From: a virus
Virus record (IMG/VR): IMGVR_UViG_3300032323_002909
Coordinates: 86,462-150,461 of that record
Strand: one strand, 5' to 3'
Length of the DNA stretch: 64,000 bases
Shown in pieces: positions 49,466-58,970 of this stretch (position 1 is its first letter; every line of letters begins with the position of its first letter). The notes under the pieces were generated by a model. It was not told the DNA's origin. It ran no database searches and worked only from the letters and a program-made list of their open reading frames with translations. The position numbers were made by a program, and so were the translations under genes.

Positions 49466-51790
49466 ATGCAAAGAACAATCAATAGCCCAGGTGTAGAAAT
49501 TTTCGAAAATCGTAATTTGACAGTGCCTACAAACGTTGGTACTAATGTATTCATAACAGGTTTTACCCCACAAGGTCCAACGGATGAAGTGATCAAAATC
49601 ACTAGTAGAGATGAATTGGAAACCATTTATGGAACTCCTACGAATAGTGCGGAACGGTATTTCTATCATTCCGTGAGAGAGCTTTTGAATTCTCCTGCTA
49701 ACGTTTATACTTTCCGTTTACCATACGGTGAAAATTTGGGTAGCGGATTTAATGATACTTACACTGCTTTAGTTTATCCTGTGGTGGCAGCTGCACCGCT
49801 TTCTAGCGAACTCACCACAAACTTGAATTTATCCGCTGGAACTTATTTCTTAGGTAAGCCTATTCAAATTGAACTTACACCTGCTGAATATATCCAAGCG
49901 TCTGAAGGTTCATTGTTCAACTGGTCGTCTACAGCATCTCTACTCAGTTCATTCACAACCACTAAAGCCGCAGTATTGACTGCTATGGGTGGGGCTGGCT
50001 TGATCATTTTGGATAAAGCTCAAACAACCATCGATAATCAGTTTGAGGGTTACTATATTGGTATTGCTGACAATATCAATAAAAATCCAGCATCTAATTT
50101 TGATGCTATCACTCGCGCATATACTACAAGTTTGACTGCTGATGTTATCAAGGATGAGTATACACAAATTCCTAATGGAACTTTACAATTTAACTTGTCT
50201 TCTACAAGCGATGGTTCTATTAATAGCATCTCTCAAATCATGGAAAATCTTACCGATTACAACATTGATGGTCGGGAAGATGATGATGTTCTCAACATCG
50301 GGGTGTTCAAACTTCGTAAGAGCGTGTATGCCACAGAAGCATTTAAATTAGATTTCACTTTGGATTCTGGAATTGTTGGTTCGATTGACACGTTTAGAAA
50401 ACAGTTAAACCCACTTGGCGGTCCTGCCATTCCTTTCTTCTTAGAAGCTCGTGATTCAGTTTCTAGAAATGTTGAAGTATTAGTCAATCCATTTATTTCC
50501 AATAAATTTAGTAATTCTTCACAAGATTCTAGTGGTATGCCACGGAAAAAAATTCGTGTTGTTACTGATAGCTTGTTGAATACTACTTACAATACGATTT
50601 CCTCCGCTTTAGGCACCACTGTAAATGTAATTTCAGCACTTTCAGGTGCGGTTGGTAAAGCAGATGCACTATTCCCTCTTGGATCTTACAATCCTGTTAC
50701 TATAACACAAAAAATTATTGGTAATGTGCCTAGTAAACTATATAGAGCTTTAGATTCTGTTAAGAACGATGAAGTATATGATATAGATGTTGTTGTCGAG
50801 GCTGGTGTTGGTACTGTCTACACGATGATGTGCGCTGCGGGTGTTGATTATTACGATGATACACTATATACAACAACTCTCAAAAATAAAATAGATAAGC
50901 TTAGAACTTCTTCTGATTTATCAGATATAGAAGCAACAACCATTAGAGCTAATTATGGAGCAGTGTTTAACAGATTCGATGATTTCTGCAACGCACCTTC
51001 TAAATCTGGTGGTCGAGGTGATTGTATTTTCATTGCTGACCCAATTCGCCACTTGTTGGTAACTGGTAGAAATAATAAAGTTCTCAGCGATAAGACTAAG
51101 AATTTCCAAACTCATGTTTATTGGGCTATGCGTCACCAGTTTGAACTCCAAAACACCTCTTACAGTGCAACTTATGGCAATTGGGTGCAAGCATTCGATG
51201 AATTCACTGGTGAATTGATTTGGGCTCCGTTCTCAGCGTATCAAGGTGCTATCATGGCTAGAAATGATGCTGCTGAATTCCCATGGTCTGCCCCTGCTGG
51301 ATTTACACGTGGATTAGTATCTAATGCGCTCGATATTGCTATCAATCCTAATCAGAAACAAAGAGACGAACTTTACAAAGCAAATATCAACCCTGTTATG
51401 TTCTCCGCTTCGCAAGGTATCGTGGTGTTCGGTCAAAAGACCCTCAACCGCAAACCAAGCGCATTCGACAGAATCAACGTTCGTAGATTGTTCTTAGCTC
51501 TTGAAAGACCTACTAAGAAAGCTGCTCAATTCTTCGTGTTTGAGCCCAATAACGAGTTCACACGCACCCGTTTAGTTAACACTCTTAGACCATTGTTTGA
51601 AACTGCTAAACAAAATGGTGGTTGTGTAGACTATCTTATCATTTGTGATGAAAGAAACAACACATCGTTGGTGATTGATAACAATGAATTAAAAGTTGAT
51701 ATACTTATTAAACCAAGTAAAACAGCTGAATTTGTTTTGTGTTCCTTTACTGCTACCAGAAGCGATGCTGTATTTTCGGAATTGATCTAA
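49466..51790 (+). CDS. 18: Contractile tail sheath protein, T4 gp18-like
   Basis: SPGVEI, GP, YG.P, PWSAPAG..RG, RDELY...INPV, GQKT, SAFDRINVRRLF, FEPN..FTR, CDE.NN. Confidence 0.97.
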   Translation: MQRTINSPGVEIFENRNLTVPTNVGTNVFITGFTPQGPTDEVIKITSRDELETIYGTPTNSAERYFYHSVRELLNSPANVYTFRLPYGENLGSGFNDTYTALVYPVVAAAPLSSELTTNLNLSAGTYFLGKPIQIELTPAEYIQASEGSLFNWSSTASLLSSFTTTKAAVLTAMGGAGLIILDKAQTTIDNQFEGYYIGIADNINKNPASNFDAITRAYTTSLTADVIKDEYTQIPNGTLQFNLSSTSDGSINSISQIMENLTDYNIDGREDDDVLNIGVFKLRKSVYATEAFKLDFTLDSGIVGSIDTFRKQLNPLGGPAIPFFLEARDSVSRNVEVLVNPFISNKFSNSSQDSSGMPRKKIRVVTDSLLNTTYNTISSALGTTVNVISALSGAVGKADALFPLGSYNPVTITQKIIGNVPSKLYRALDSVKNDEVYDIDVVVEAGVGTVYTMMCAAGVDYYDDTLYTTTLKNKIDKLRTSSDLSDIEATTIRANYGAVFNRFDDFCNAPSKSGGRGDCIFIADPIRHLLVTGRNNKVLSDKTKNFQTHVYWAMRHQFELQNTSYSATYGNWVQAFDEFTGELIWAPFSAYQGAIMARNDAAEFPWSAPAGFTRGLVSNALDIAINPNQKQRDELYKANINPVMFSASQGIVVFGQKTLNRKPSAFDRINVRRLFLALERPTKKAAQFFVFEPNNEFTRTRLVNTLRPLFETAKQNGGCVDYLIICDERNNTSLVIDNNELKVDILIKPSKTAEFVLCSFTATRSDAVFSELI

Positions 51791-51816
51791 TTTAAACTCT
51801 AAAGCTAAATACTATT

Positions 51817-52398
51817 ATGCCAACTACAATTGAAAACTTCATGGATGTCGCGTCTCGGAAACAGTTCTCTAGGGACTTTCTGTTTCGCGTTAAACAAATC
51901 GATATTACTGGATTGCGTCTCAATGGTGAAACGGACTTGATTTATGCTAGATCCGCAACATTTCCTGGTAGAGATATTGAAAACAAACAAGTTAATTACG
52001 CTGGTCAAACTTTTAATTTACCTGGAAAATCATCTTATCCTGGCTCTGAAAGTTGGTCTATCGAATTCTATGCTGACCAAGATATGGAAATTCGTACTCA
52101 ACTTGAAAGAGCATCTAGAACTCTTTTCAATAACGAAGGTGAAGCTGGTGGTAATATATGTATGCCAGGTACTGAATCGACTATTACATTGGAAGTATAT
52201 AAAATTCCTTGCAGTGGGGTTATAGGAAATCCCATGGAAGTCGGCAGAGTAATCGAATTGGTAGGAGCTTCGATAAGAAATATTGGTGAGATTAGTTATG
52301 AAATTGCCGATGGAACTGGAGAAGTGAAAACATTTACGGCTTCATTTGCTTTCCATTTCTATAGGTATCTTCAACCTGGCAATCTTGGTTTAGTTTAA
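51817..52398 (+). CDS. 19: Tail tube protein, T4 gp19-like
   Basis: Follows sheath; R.FLFRV, A.FPG, PG...Y...W.I.FY.D, F.A.F.F. Confidence 0.8.
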   Translation: MPTTIENFMDVASRKQFSRDFLFRVKQIDITGLRLNGETDLIYARSATFPGRDIENKQVNYAGQTFNLPGKSSYPGSESWSIEFYADQDMEIRTQLERASRTLFNNEGEAGGNICMPGTESTITLEVYKIPCSGVIGNPMEVGRVIELVGASIRNIGEISYEIADGTGEVKTFTASFAFHFYRYLQPGNLGLV

Positions 52399-52409
52399 TA
52401 ATTATTTTT

Positions 52410-53027
52410 ATGTCGAGTCCGCGCCCAGATGATTTTCTAGCGGCATTTTCAGGTGAAAATAAATATTGTTTATCTTTACCTATTTTATGGACTGTGACCA
52501 TAGATGGTGTCGTTGAAAATAATATAAATCAAATATTAAATTCTGCGGGTGAAAAATGGCGAGCCAGTATCACCCCGAATGATATGACGAAAAATGGTAA
52601 TATTTTACCTGCACAATCGGTCACTACACCAGAAGAATCTTCAAATTTTTCAACGGGTAGTATAGGAGATGGGTCGTATGGTAATTTTTTACCAGGATAT
52701 ACTTTGTCTAGTAGAAATGATTTCTTATCAAGATCCTTTTCTATAAATTTTTTAGAAACCACGGTAGATTTAGAACACGAATTCTTTAGACCATGGTTAA
52801 TAGCCCTAAGCATCAAAGGTTTGATAGAATGGGGTCCTAAACTAAAATGTGACATAATTGTTAAACAGTATACAAACAATGGTGAATTACGTAGAGGATA
52901 TATTTTCAGACAATGTTTACCAACTGCTATAGAGGGAAATACTTTAGATTACGATAATACAGATTTTCATATAAAAAGTATAACCTTCATGTGTCAGAAT
53001 TACGAGCAATTATATGCTACTAATTAA
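52410..53027 (+). CDS. Tail tube-like/baseplate tube initiator (gp54/gp48-like)
   Basis: gp19-fold motifs I.FLET, FRPW, F..C.P..I....LDY. Confidence 0.6.
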   Translation: MSSPRPDDFLAAFSGENKYCLSLPILWTVTIDGVVENNINQILNSAGEKWRASITPNDMTKNGNILPAQSVTTPEESSNFSTGSIGDGSYGNFLPGYTLSSRNDFLSRSFSINFLETTVDLEHEFFRPWLIALSIKGLIEWGPKLKCDIIVKQYTNNGELRRGYIFRQCLPTAIEGNTLDYDNTDFHIKSITFMCQNYEQLYATN

Positions 53028-53036
53028 TATTACACA

Positions 53037-53741
53037 ATGATAACATTTAATGATTTAAAAAAATGTATTGAAGAACAAGATGATGATTTTTTAATCGAAT
53101 ATCTTAACAAATTTTCAGGTAGCAATACATACCACAAATTTGTTAATATTATTAAATATTGGGAGAGATGTGTATCATATACTATCGGTTTTAATGTTGA
53201 TAATAAAAATGTTAAAATTTCACTATCGTATATATTGGAACAATTAAAAAATTATTCCGATGAGAGTTTAACATTCGAAGACTCGAACATAAAAGTTATT
53301 CTAAACACACCACCATTATTCAAAAAAGATATAAATATATTATCTGTTTCGGATTTTGTGTATGAAATAGAATATTTAAAAAATAAAATTTATTTCATAT
53401 CTTTGTCGGATGATTATAAAAGTGAGATATTACAAAGTCTACCTGCTAATTTTTATAATAAATTGTGTGAATATGTTTTGAAAATCAAAGACAAAACAGT
53501 AAACATAGAGCACCCTGCAATGCCAAATATAAAAATAGATTTTTTGTCATCAACACCTTTTCAAATGTTAAAAGAGTTATTTTTAGGATTCGATATCAAT
53601 TATTTTAGAGATATTATCTATACATTATCGACAAAAATAGATGGTAATATATTGATGAATTCTACTATGATGGATATTGATTATTATATCGATAAAATTA
53701 AAAATAATAATAATACAGAATCTGACATAAATTTATATTGA
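53037..53741 (+). CDS. Putative baseplate hub assembly protein
   Basis: Position after tube genes; ILQSLP and gp51-like C-terminal pattern. Confidence 0.45.
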   Translation: MITFNDLKKCIEEQDDDFLIEYLNKFSGSNTYHKFVNIIKYWERCVSYTIGFNVDNKNVKISLSYILEQLKNYSDESLTFEDSNIKVILNTPPLFKKDINILSVSDFVYEIEYLKNKIYFISLSDDYKSEILQSLPANFYNKLCEYVLKIKDKTVNIEHPAMPNIKIDFLSSTPFQMLKELFLGFDINYFRDIIYTLSTKIDGNILMNSTMMDIDYYIDKIKNNNNTESDINLY

Positions 53742-53769
53742 CAATTGATTTTTTATAGTAAATACGTTT

Positions 53770-54513
53770 ATGGAAAACGATATTAAAAAATTTTTAAACT
53801 CAATACAAGAATTAAAATCTCAAACTTTTAAAGTTGATAAAATCAACGATAGAGATTCTTTCGAATGTAAAAAGATTTCTTTTAAACAACAAAAAGGTCT
53901 TATTTCAACTGTAACCGAAGGCACTTCAGGTGTTTTGCGGTTTCAAAAACTGTTGAATGATATGATTATAGAGAATACTGGTATCAATGATTGGTTGGTG
54001 ATTGAGAAAATACCTCTATTAGTTCAGATGAGAATTGAAAGTCTTGGGAAAAATTTAAAATTAAACGATAAAGAAATCGATAAAGAAATCGACTTAACGA
54101 CTTTAAAACTCGTAAAAAAAATAAACATTGAAACCACTAAAACTATCAAAAACGTGGTTGATGTTGAATTAAAAGTGCCTACCATAGTAGCTGAGAATAA
54201 AGTATTGAACTATGCAGTAGAAATGTTGAAAAACAACAAAGATAGTGACTTTGGTAAAGATATAACCAACATCTTCACTTTCGAAATCGTCAAATATATC
54301 GATAGTGTTTCATTTAATGAACAAATCCTAAAATTTGATGATCTACCTGTTAAAGACCGAGTAACAGTGGTTGAAAACTTTCCAATCAGTCTCAATAAAG
54401 AAATCGTCAAGTATATTGAAAAATTGAAAGATATTGAACGGGAACAATTACAAGTAGAAATCGATGACAAAACTTTGGATATTGATATCGATGTAACATT
54501 TTTTGATAATTAA
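53770..54513 (+). CDS. Baseplate hub protein, T4 gp26-like
   Basis: FKQQK.LI, LLVQMRIESLG, LKVPT, terminal TFF as in gp26 family. Confidence 0.6.
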   Translation: MENDIKKFLNSIQELKSQTFKVDKINDRDSFECKKISFKQQKGLISTVTEGTSGVLRFQKLLNDMIIENTGINDWLVIEKIPLLVQMRIESLGKNLKLNDKEIDKEIDLTTLKLVKKINIETTKTIKNVVDVELKVPTIVAENKVLNYAVEMLKNNKDSDFGKDITNIFTFEIVKYIDSVSFNEQILKFDDLPVKDRVTVVENFPISLNKEIVKYIEKLKDIEREQLQVEIDDKTLDIDIDVTFFDN

Positions 54514-54514
54514 T

Positions 54515-54736
54515 ATGAAAAAAAATACAATACTTAAAAAATTGGATGGTTACGAAGAACGTATGATCAAAATCATTGACGAAATGCAAGATTTCTTGGA
54601 TTCGATTGAGGATTCTGATATATCTATGATGGCAGAAGATTTTTGCCAAGGATTACTTGACTATGTCCAAGAGAATGATATATGTAATCTAAATGACATC
54701 AGAGAATTCATCGAAAACGATTATGAGACCGAGTAA
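54515..54736 (+). CDS. Small acidic hypothetical protein
   Basis: 73-aa acidic helical ORF. Confidence 0.55.
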   Translation: MKKNTILKKLDGYEERMIKIIDEMQDFLDSIEDSDISMMAEDFCQGLLDYVQENDICNLNDIREFIENDYETE

Positions 54737-55604
54737 TAATATTTTAATTTTGGGTAATGGGTATGTCGGTGGTTATTTATATCGACATCTTTCGAGTAAA
54801 AATTATCAGGTTGATATAAAATCTAGAAAAGAATTGGATTACCATGAATCTGCAACGTTAAGCAAATACATATTGAATAATGACATTAACTGTATTATCA
54901 ATTGTTCTGGGTTCACTGGTAGACCAAACGTAGATCAAGCAGAACTAGAGAAACAAGAATGTTGGAAGCTAAACGTTGAAATACCATTAGAAATCAACAA
55001 ATTGTGTGATGCTTTAGATATTAATTATCTACACGTTTCTACTGGTTGTTTGTATGATGGCTATGATAAAGATTGGTCAGAAGAAGACACTCCTAATTTT
55101 GGCTTATTCCAAAATTATAGTTCATTTTATTCTAAATCTAAACACGCATTTGAGAATTTATCGAAAAATTTTAGAGGAATGCTTTTGAGAATAAGAATGC
55201 CCTTTGGTTTAGACATCTCGCATAGAAATTATCTCACTAAAATTAAATCTTACCCACAACTTTTAAATCTGGTTAACTCTAAGACATATATACCAGATTT
55301 GTGTGAATTTGTGGAGAAATTGTTTGGGGATACATACACGCCATGGATTGGTAGGACTATATATAATTTAGTCAATCCCAATCCATTGAAGACTGAAACA
55401 GTGTGTGCCATTCTGAAAGAATACGGTATGCATGATTCAAATTGGAGTTACGTTGATAGGTCGATGCTAAAAGCGTATGCCAATCGTTCTAATTGTGTAT
55501 TAGACTCTAGAAAATCGAGACATATACACGAGTTTAAACCCGAAGAACTTGCTATTAGAGAATATTGTCATTATATAATTAACTCTTCCAAAAAAAATGA
55601 TTAA
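54723..55604 (+). CDS. dTDP-4-dehydrorhamnose reductase/3,5-epimerase-reductase-like SDR
   Basis: ILGNGYVG Rossmann loop, INCSGFTGRPNVD..E, STGC.Y, YSKSK, LRIRMP. Confidence 0.85.
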   Translation: MRPSNNILILGNGYVGGYLYRHLSSKNYQVDIKSRKELDYHESATLSKYILNNDINCIINCSGFTGRPNVDQAELEKQECWKLNVEIPLEINKLCDALDINYLHVSTGCLYDGYDKDWSEEDTPNFGLFQNYSSFYSKSKHAFENLSKNFRGMLLRIRMPFGLDISHRNYLTKIKSYPQLLNLVNSKTYIPDLCEFVEKLFGDTYTPWIGRTIYNLVNPNPLKTETVCAILKEYGMHDSNWSYVDRSMLKAYANRSNCVLDSRKSRHIHEFKPEELAIREYCHYIINSSKKND

Positions 55605-56340
55605 AAAAGCAATATGTTTAGCTGGGGGCAAGGGTACTCGCCTACACCCTCTAACGAAAACAACCAGTAAACAATTACTGCCTTTATATAATAAACCTGT
55701 AATTGCGTTTCCCTTACAAACCCTTAAAAGTATGGGTTACGCTGACATTCTTATCATTACTGCTGATGAGGCACAGATGTCTTCATACAAGGAACTTTTG
55801 GGTGATGGTGGTAAGTTTGGATTGAAATTGTCGTATGTAATTCAAGGTGAACCGAGAGGTTTAGCTGATGCTTTTATTGTCGGCGAAGAACACATCAAGG
55901 ATGCTGATGAAATTTGTATGATATTGGGCGATAATGTTATCATCGACAGCAACCCGATAGATGCCACCTCCAATACCATCTTTACATACAAAGTCAAAAA
56001 TCCATCAGCATATGGTGTCGTCACAATTGACAGTAATGGGGGTATAGACGAAATTATAGAGAAGCCTCAAGAATATGTATCCGATGACGCTGTTATAGGG
56101 TTGTATATTTTTAAAAATAATGTGGTGGAGCTTGCCAAACAATTAAAACCATCTAAAAGAGGCGAATTAGAAATTGTGGATCTCATCAAATTGGTAAATC
56201 AAGAAGAACGAGTCAAAATACAGCAATTAAATGGCTTTTGGTTCGATGTTGGTGATTTCGATTCTCTTTTAGATTGCGCAAATCTCGTAAGGACTATTGA
56301 CAAACGCTCAAACCATGATATTGGTTTGGTAGGCATATGA
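55597..56340 (+). CDS. rmlA: Glucose-1-phosphate thymidylyltransferase (short form)
   Basis: LAGGKGTRL.PLT...SKQLLP, Q.EPRGLADA, LGDN, EKP, GLY, PSKRGELEI, WFDVG. Confidence 0.92.
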   Translation: MIKKAICLAGGKGTRLHPLTKTTSKQLLPLYNKPVIAFPLQTLKSMGYADILIITADEAQMSSYKELLGDGGKFGLKLSYVIQGEPRGLADAFIVGEEHIKDADEICMILGDNVIIDSNPIDATSNTIFTYKVKNPSAYGVVTIDSNGGIDEIIEKPQEYVSDDAVIGLYIFKNNVVELAKQLKPSKRGELEIVDLIKLVNQEERVKIQQLNGFWFDVGDFDSLLDCANLVRTIDKRSNHDIGLVGI

Positions 56341-57278
56341 GTAAAGACACTGAGATTAATAACTTGTGGGTTGAAAAATATCGACCAAAAAAATTAAAAG
56401 ATTTGATGGTTGATGAATGGGTTTCTAAAACCATAGAAAATTTTGGTTTGGATATGCCCAATTTATTACTGACTGGTTCAGCTGGATTGGGTAAAACATC
56501 TTTAGCCAAAATCATCGTCGATGATATTTTAAAGTGTGACTATTTGTATATCAACGCTTCAGATGAGAATGGTGTAGATACTATTCGTGAAAAAGTTATT
56601 GGATTCACTCAAACAATGAGTTTCAACGGTAAACTCAAAGTAGTCATATTGGATGAAGCAGATTATTTGGGTAAAGCAGCACAAGCCATTTTGCGGAATG
56701 TTATGGAAACCTATTCCGCTAGTACCAGATTCATATTGACTGGTAACTACAAACATAAAATTATACCTGCTTTACAATCAAGGTGTCAAAATATTATTTT
56801 ACGAACGAGTATGAAGGATGTCGTTCGTCGTTGTCTCGAAATATTTAAAAAAGAAAGCATTCGTTTACCAAAAGAACAACAGAAAAATTTCTTAAAATTG
56901 GTGGAATCCTATTTTCCAGACATAAGAAAATGTATCAACGAATTACAGAAATATTCTTCATCTGGTTCATTTCAGATGAAATCTGATGGTAGTAATAAAG
57001 AATTGATGGAATTAATACATCACAATATCAGTGTTGGTAAAACTCTGACTCTTAGAAAATATTTGATCGAGAATGACGAATTATTCGATTCCGATCATGA
57101 ATCTTTATTACGAGACTTTTTAAATCATCTATATGATTTAGAGATAGATGACATCATAAAAAAACAAGCTATCATAATTATTGCTGATAGCTTGTTTGAG
57201 ATGATATCGGTCACAGACCGTGAGATATGTTGTATAGCTTGTCTATTGAAATTGGAAGATATGTTCCAATCTAATTAA
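56337..57278 (+). CDS. 44: Clamp loader AAA+ subunit, T4 gp44/RFC-like
   Basis: LWVEKYRP, GSAGLGKTS, INASDE.G, ILDEAD, LQSRC, FPDIRK. Confidence 0.95.
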   Translation: MSKDTEINNLWVEKYRPKKLKDLMVDEWVSKTIENFGLDMPNLLLTGSAGLGKTSLAKIIVDDILKCDYLYINASDENGVDTIREKVIGFTQTMSFNGKLKVVILDEADYLGKAAQAILRNVMETYSASTRFILTGNYKHKIIPALQSRCQNIILRTSMKDVVRRCLEIFKKESIRLPKEQQKNFLKLVESYFPDIRKCINELQKYSSSGSFQMKSDGSNKELMELIHHNISVGKTLTLRKYLIENDELFDSDHESLLRDFLNHLYDLEIDDIIKKQAIIIIADSLFEMISVTDREICCIACLLKLEDMFQSN

Positions 57279-57289
57279 CAAAAGCCCGA

Positions 57290-57886
57290 TTATTTGGTCG
57301 GTCTTTTGTTGGTAGTTTTCTTAGTTGGTGTTGGCGTTTTCTTAGCCGTCTTTTTAGCTGGTGTTGAGGTAGGTGTCTTTCTTGTAGGAGGAGTAGATGT
57401 AGGACTAGGGGTAGGGGTAGGGGTAGGACTAGGGGTAGGACTAGGACTAGATGCTCCACTTCCATTATATTTTAAATTTGTTAGTGCTCTGTTGAGTTGT
57501 TTGCTCAACATCTCAAACGATCTATCAATAAGTAAAGAATTATTTTCAGGGATAGTAATATCTAATTTCATTAAATCCGACATGATGTCATTTTTAACAT
57601 CATCAATTTTAATATTAATTGTTTTGATATAAGAATCAATTTTAGCATTATTACTATTACCAACGCTTGATTTGATATATTCTTTTGATTTATTATAAGA
57701 TTCTCCGCTGTCATCAAAACCACTCTTGACCCCATAACCAATTCCTTTTGCAAGATCTTTGACTCCTTTTATTGCGCCCATGACTTGCGATCCTCTTGCT
57801 TTAGCTCTATCGAACCAATTTTCTGTTAACAGTTCATCCACTAAATTAGTCAAATTTTTTTGATCTTCGCTTGAATATGTTCTCAT
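57290..57886 (-). CDS. Late protein with head-targeting-like N-terminus and Pro/Thr/Lys tail
   Basis: TAAATA upstream; ...DELLTE|N; (SP/TP)n then KKT repeats. Confidence 0.7.
   Translation of the reverse strand: MRTYSSEDQKNLTNLVDELLTENWFDRAKARGSQVMGAIKGVKDLAKGIGYGVKSGFDDSGESYNKSKEYIKSSVGNSNNAKIDSYIKTINIKIDDVKNDIMSDLMKLDITIPENNSLLIDRSFEMLSKQLNRALTNLKYNGSGASSPSPTPSPTPTPTPSPTSTPPTRKTPTSTPAKKTAKKTPTPTKKTTNKRPTK
57399..57450. repeat. Hexanucleotide microsatellite (GTAGGG/CTAGGA) encoding Pro-Thr/Pro-Ser
   Basis: gtaggactaggggtaggggtaggggtaggactaggggtaggactaggactag. Confidence 0.8.
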
Positions 57887-57904
57887 GATATTATTTATTA
57901 AATT

Positions 57905-58150
57905 TTATTTATTTTTCCAATTTACTCTCTTGGAACTTTTTTTCTTATACATTTTATTTTTTATTTTTTTACATGCTGCTTTTGTAGCACGACATGCTGG
58001 ATATGAACCTTTCGAGGTATCATTTCTTCCACATGGTCCACCTGTCTTACAATTAATCCATCCTTTGAATTTTTTACCTTTTTTATCCACATGAGGTGCA
58101 AACCAATCACGTAAATTTTCCAGTAATTGCCTCTGTGACAGTTGTTCCAT
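57905..58150 (-). CDS. Small very basic Cys-containing protein
   Basis: LLE|NLRDWF...W.NC..G.PCGR...YPACR, K-rich. Confidence 0.75.
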   Translation of the reverse strand: MEQLSQRQLLENLRDWFAPHVDKKGKKFKGWINCKTGGPCGRNDTSKGSYPACRATKAACKKIKNKMYKKKSSKRVNWKNK

Positions 58151-58938
58151 TATTTTATTTTACCTTTGCGTTTGACACACTTTTGAACATATCCAGAAGC
58201 GTAAGCACTGGGCCAGACATCATATTTACTTTTTGCTTTTGATTGGCATTTTGAACGTAATGATTGCTCATCTTCTTCACCATCGCCATCTTCCTCTTCG
58301 TCGCCAAAGATTTTTTTGCCTATTTTTTCTTCCCAATCTTCTAATTTGCCGTTTTTATTTCTATCAGCTTTTTTGAAATCGAATTTTTCTTTCAAAGTTT
58401 TTTCATAAATCATGGTCAATTCATTCATTGATTCCCAATCTCTTGATTCTCCAGCTAATTTTAAATCTGTTGGGGTGTTCTTACCATTACCTTTGTCTGT
58501 GACATTGGTGATGATATTGGGATCTCTTTTCAATTGTTTGGGTTTGATAATAACTTGATCTTTTCTTTTGAATTGAGATGGAACTGGAACACCATTAGCG
58601 TAGTCTACCGAATCAATCATATCAGGACATACGGTTACTCTACCATAAGTTCTACCACCACCATGATCCGCAGCGATTGTCAATACAATATCAGATGCTG
58701 TTTTATATATGTTCCCAGCGGATGCGCCAGATAGTCTATCGCCCACATTAACGATTTTGATATTAAGACCACACGTGGCTAAGTCATCTACTTCTTTTTT
58801 CAAAGTTGTTGGCATGTTTCTGTAAGTGTCTGTGTTTTTGTATCCTGTTCTGAATACTACATATTCACCTGGTAAGTAGCCGCCAATTTCGCCTACACTT
58901 ACAACACTTTCATAAATTGCATCAAATTTCTGTCCCAT
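58150..58938 (-). CDS. Multi-module late protein ending in basic WPSAYASG module
   Basis: MGQKFDAIYE|S; EF-hand-like DRNKNGKLEDWE; C-terminal KYDVWPSAYASG.V.KC. Confidence 0.7.
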   Translation of the reverse strand: MGQKFDAIYESVVSVGEIGGYLPGEYVVFRTGYKNTDTYRNMPTTLKKEVDDLATCGLNIKIVNVGDRLSGASAGNIYKTASDIVLTIAADHGGGRTYGRVTVCPDMIDSVDYANGVPVPSQFKRKDQVIIKPKQLKRDPNIITNVTDKGNGKNTPTDLKLAGESRDWESMNELTMIYEKTLKEKFDFKKADRNKNGKLEDWEEKIGKKIFGDEEEDGDGEEDEQSLRSKCQSKAKSKYDVWPSAYASGYVQKCVKRKGKIK

Positions 58939-58970
58939 GATATTATTTAGCTATTTTGATAAATAATAAT

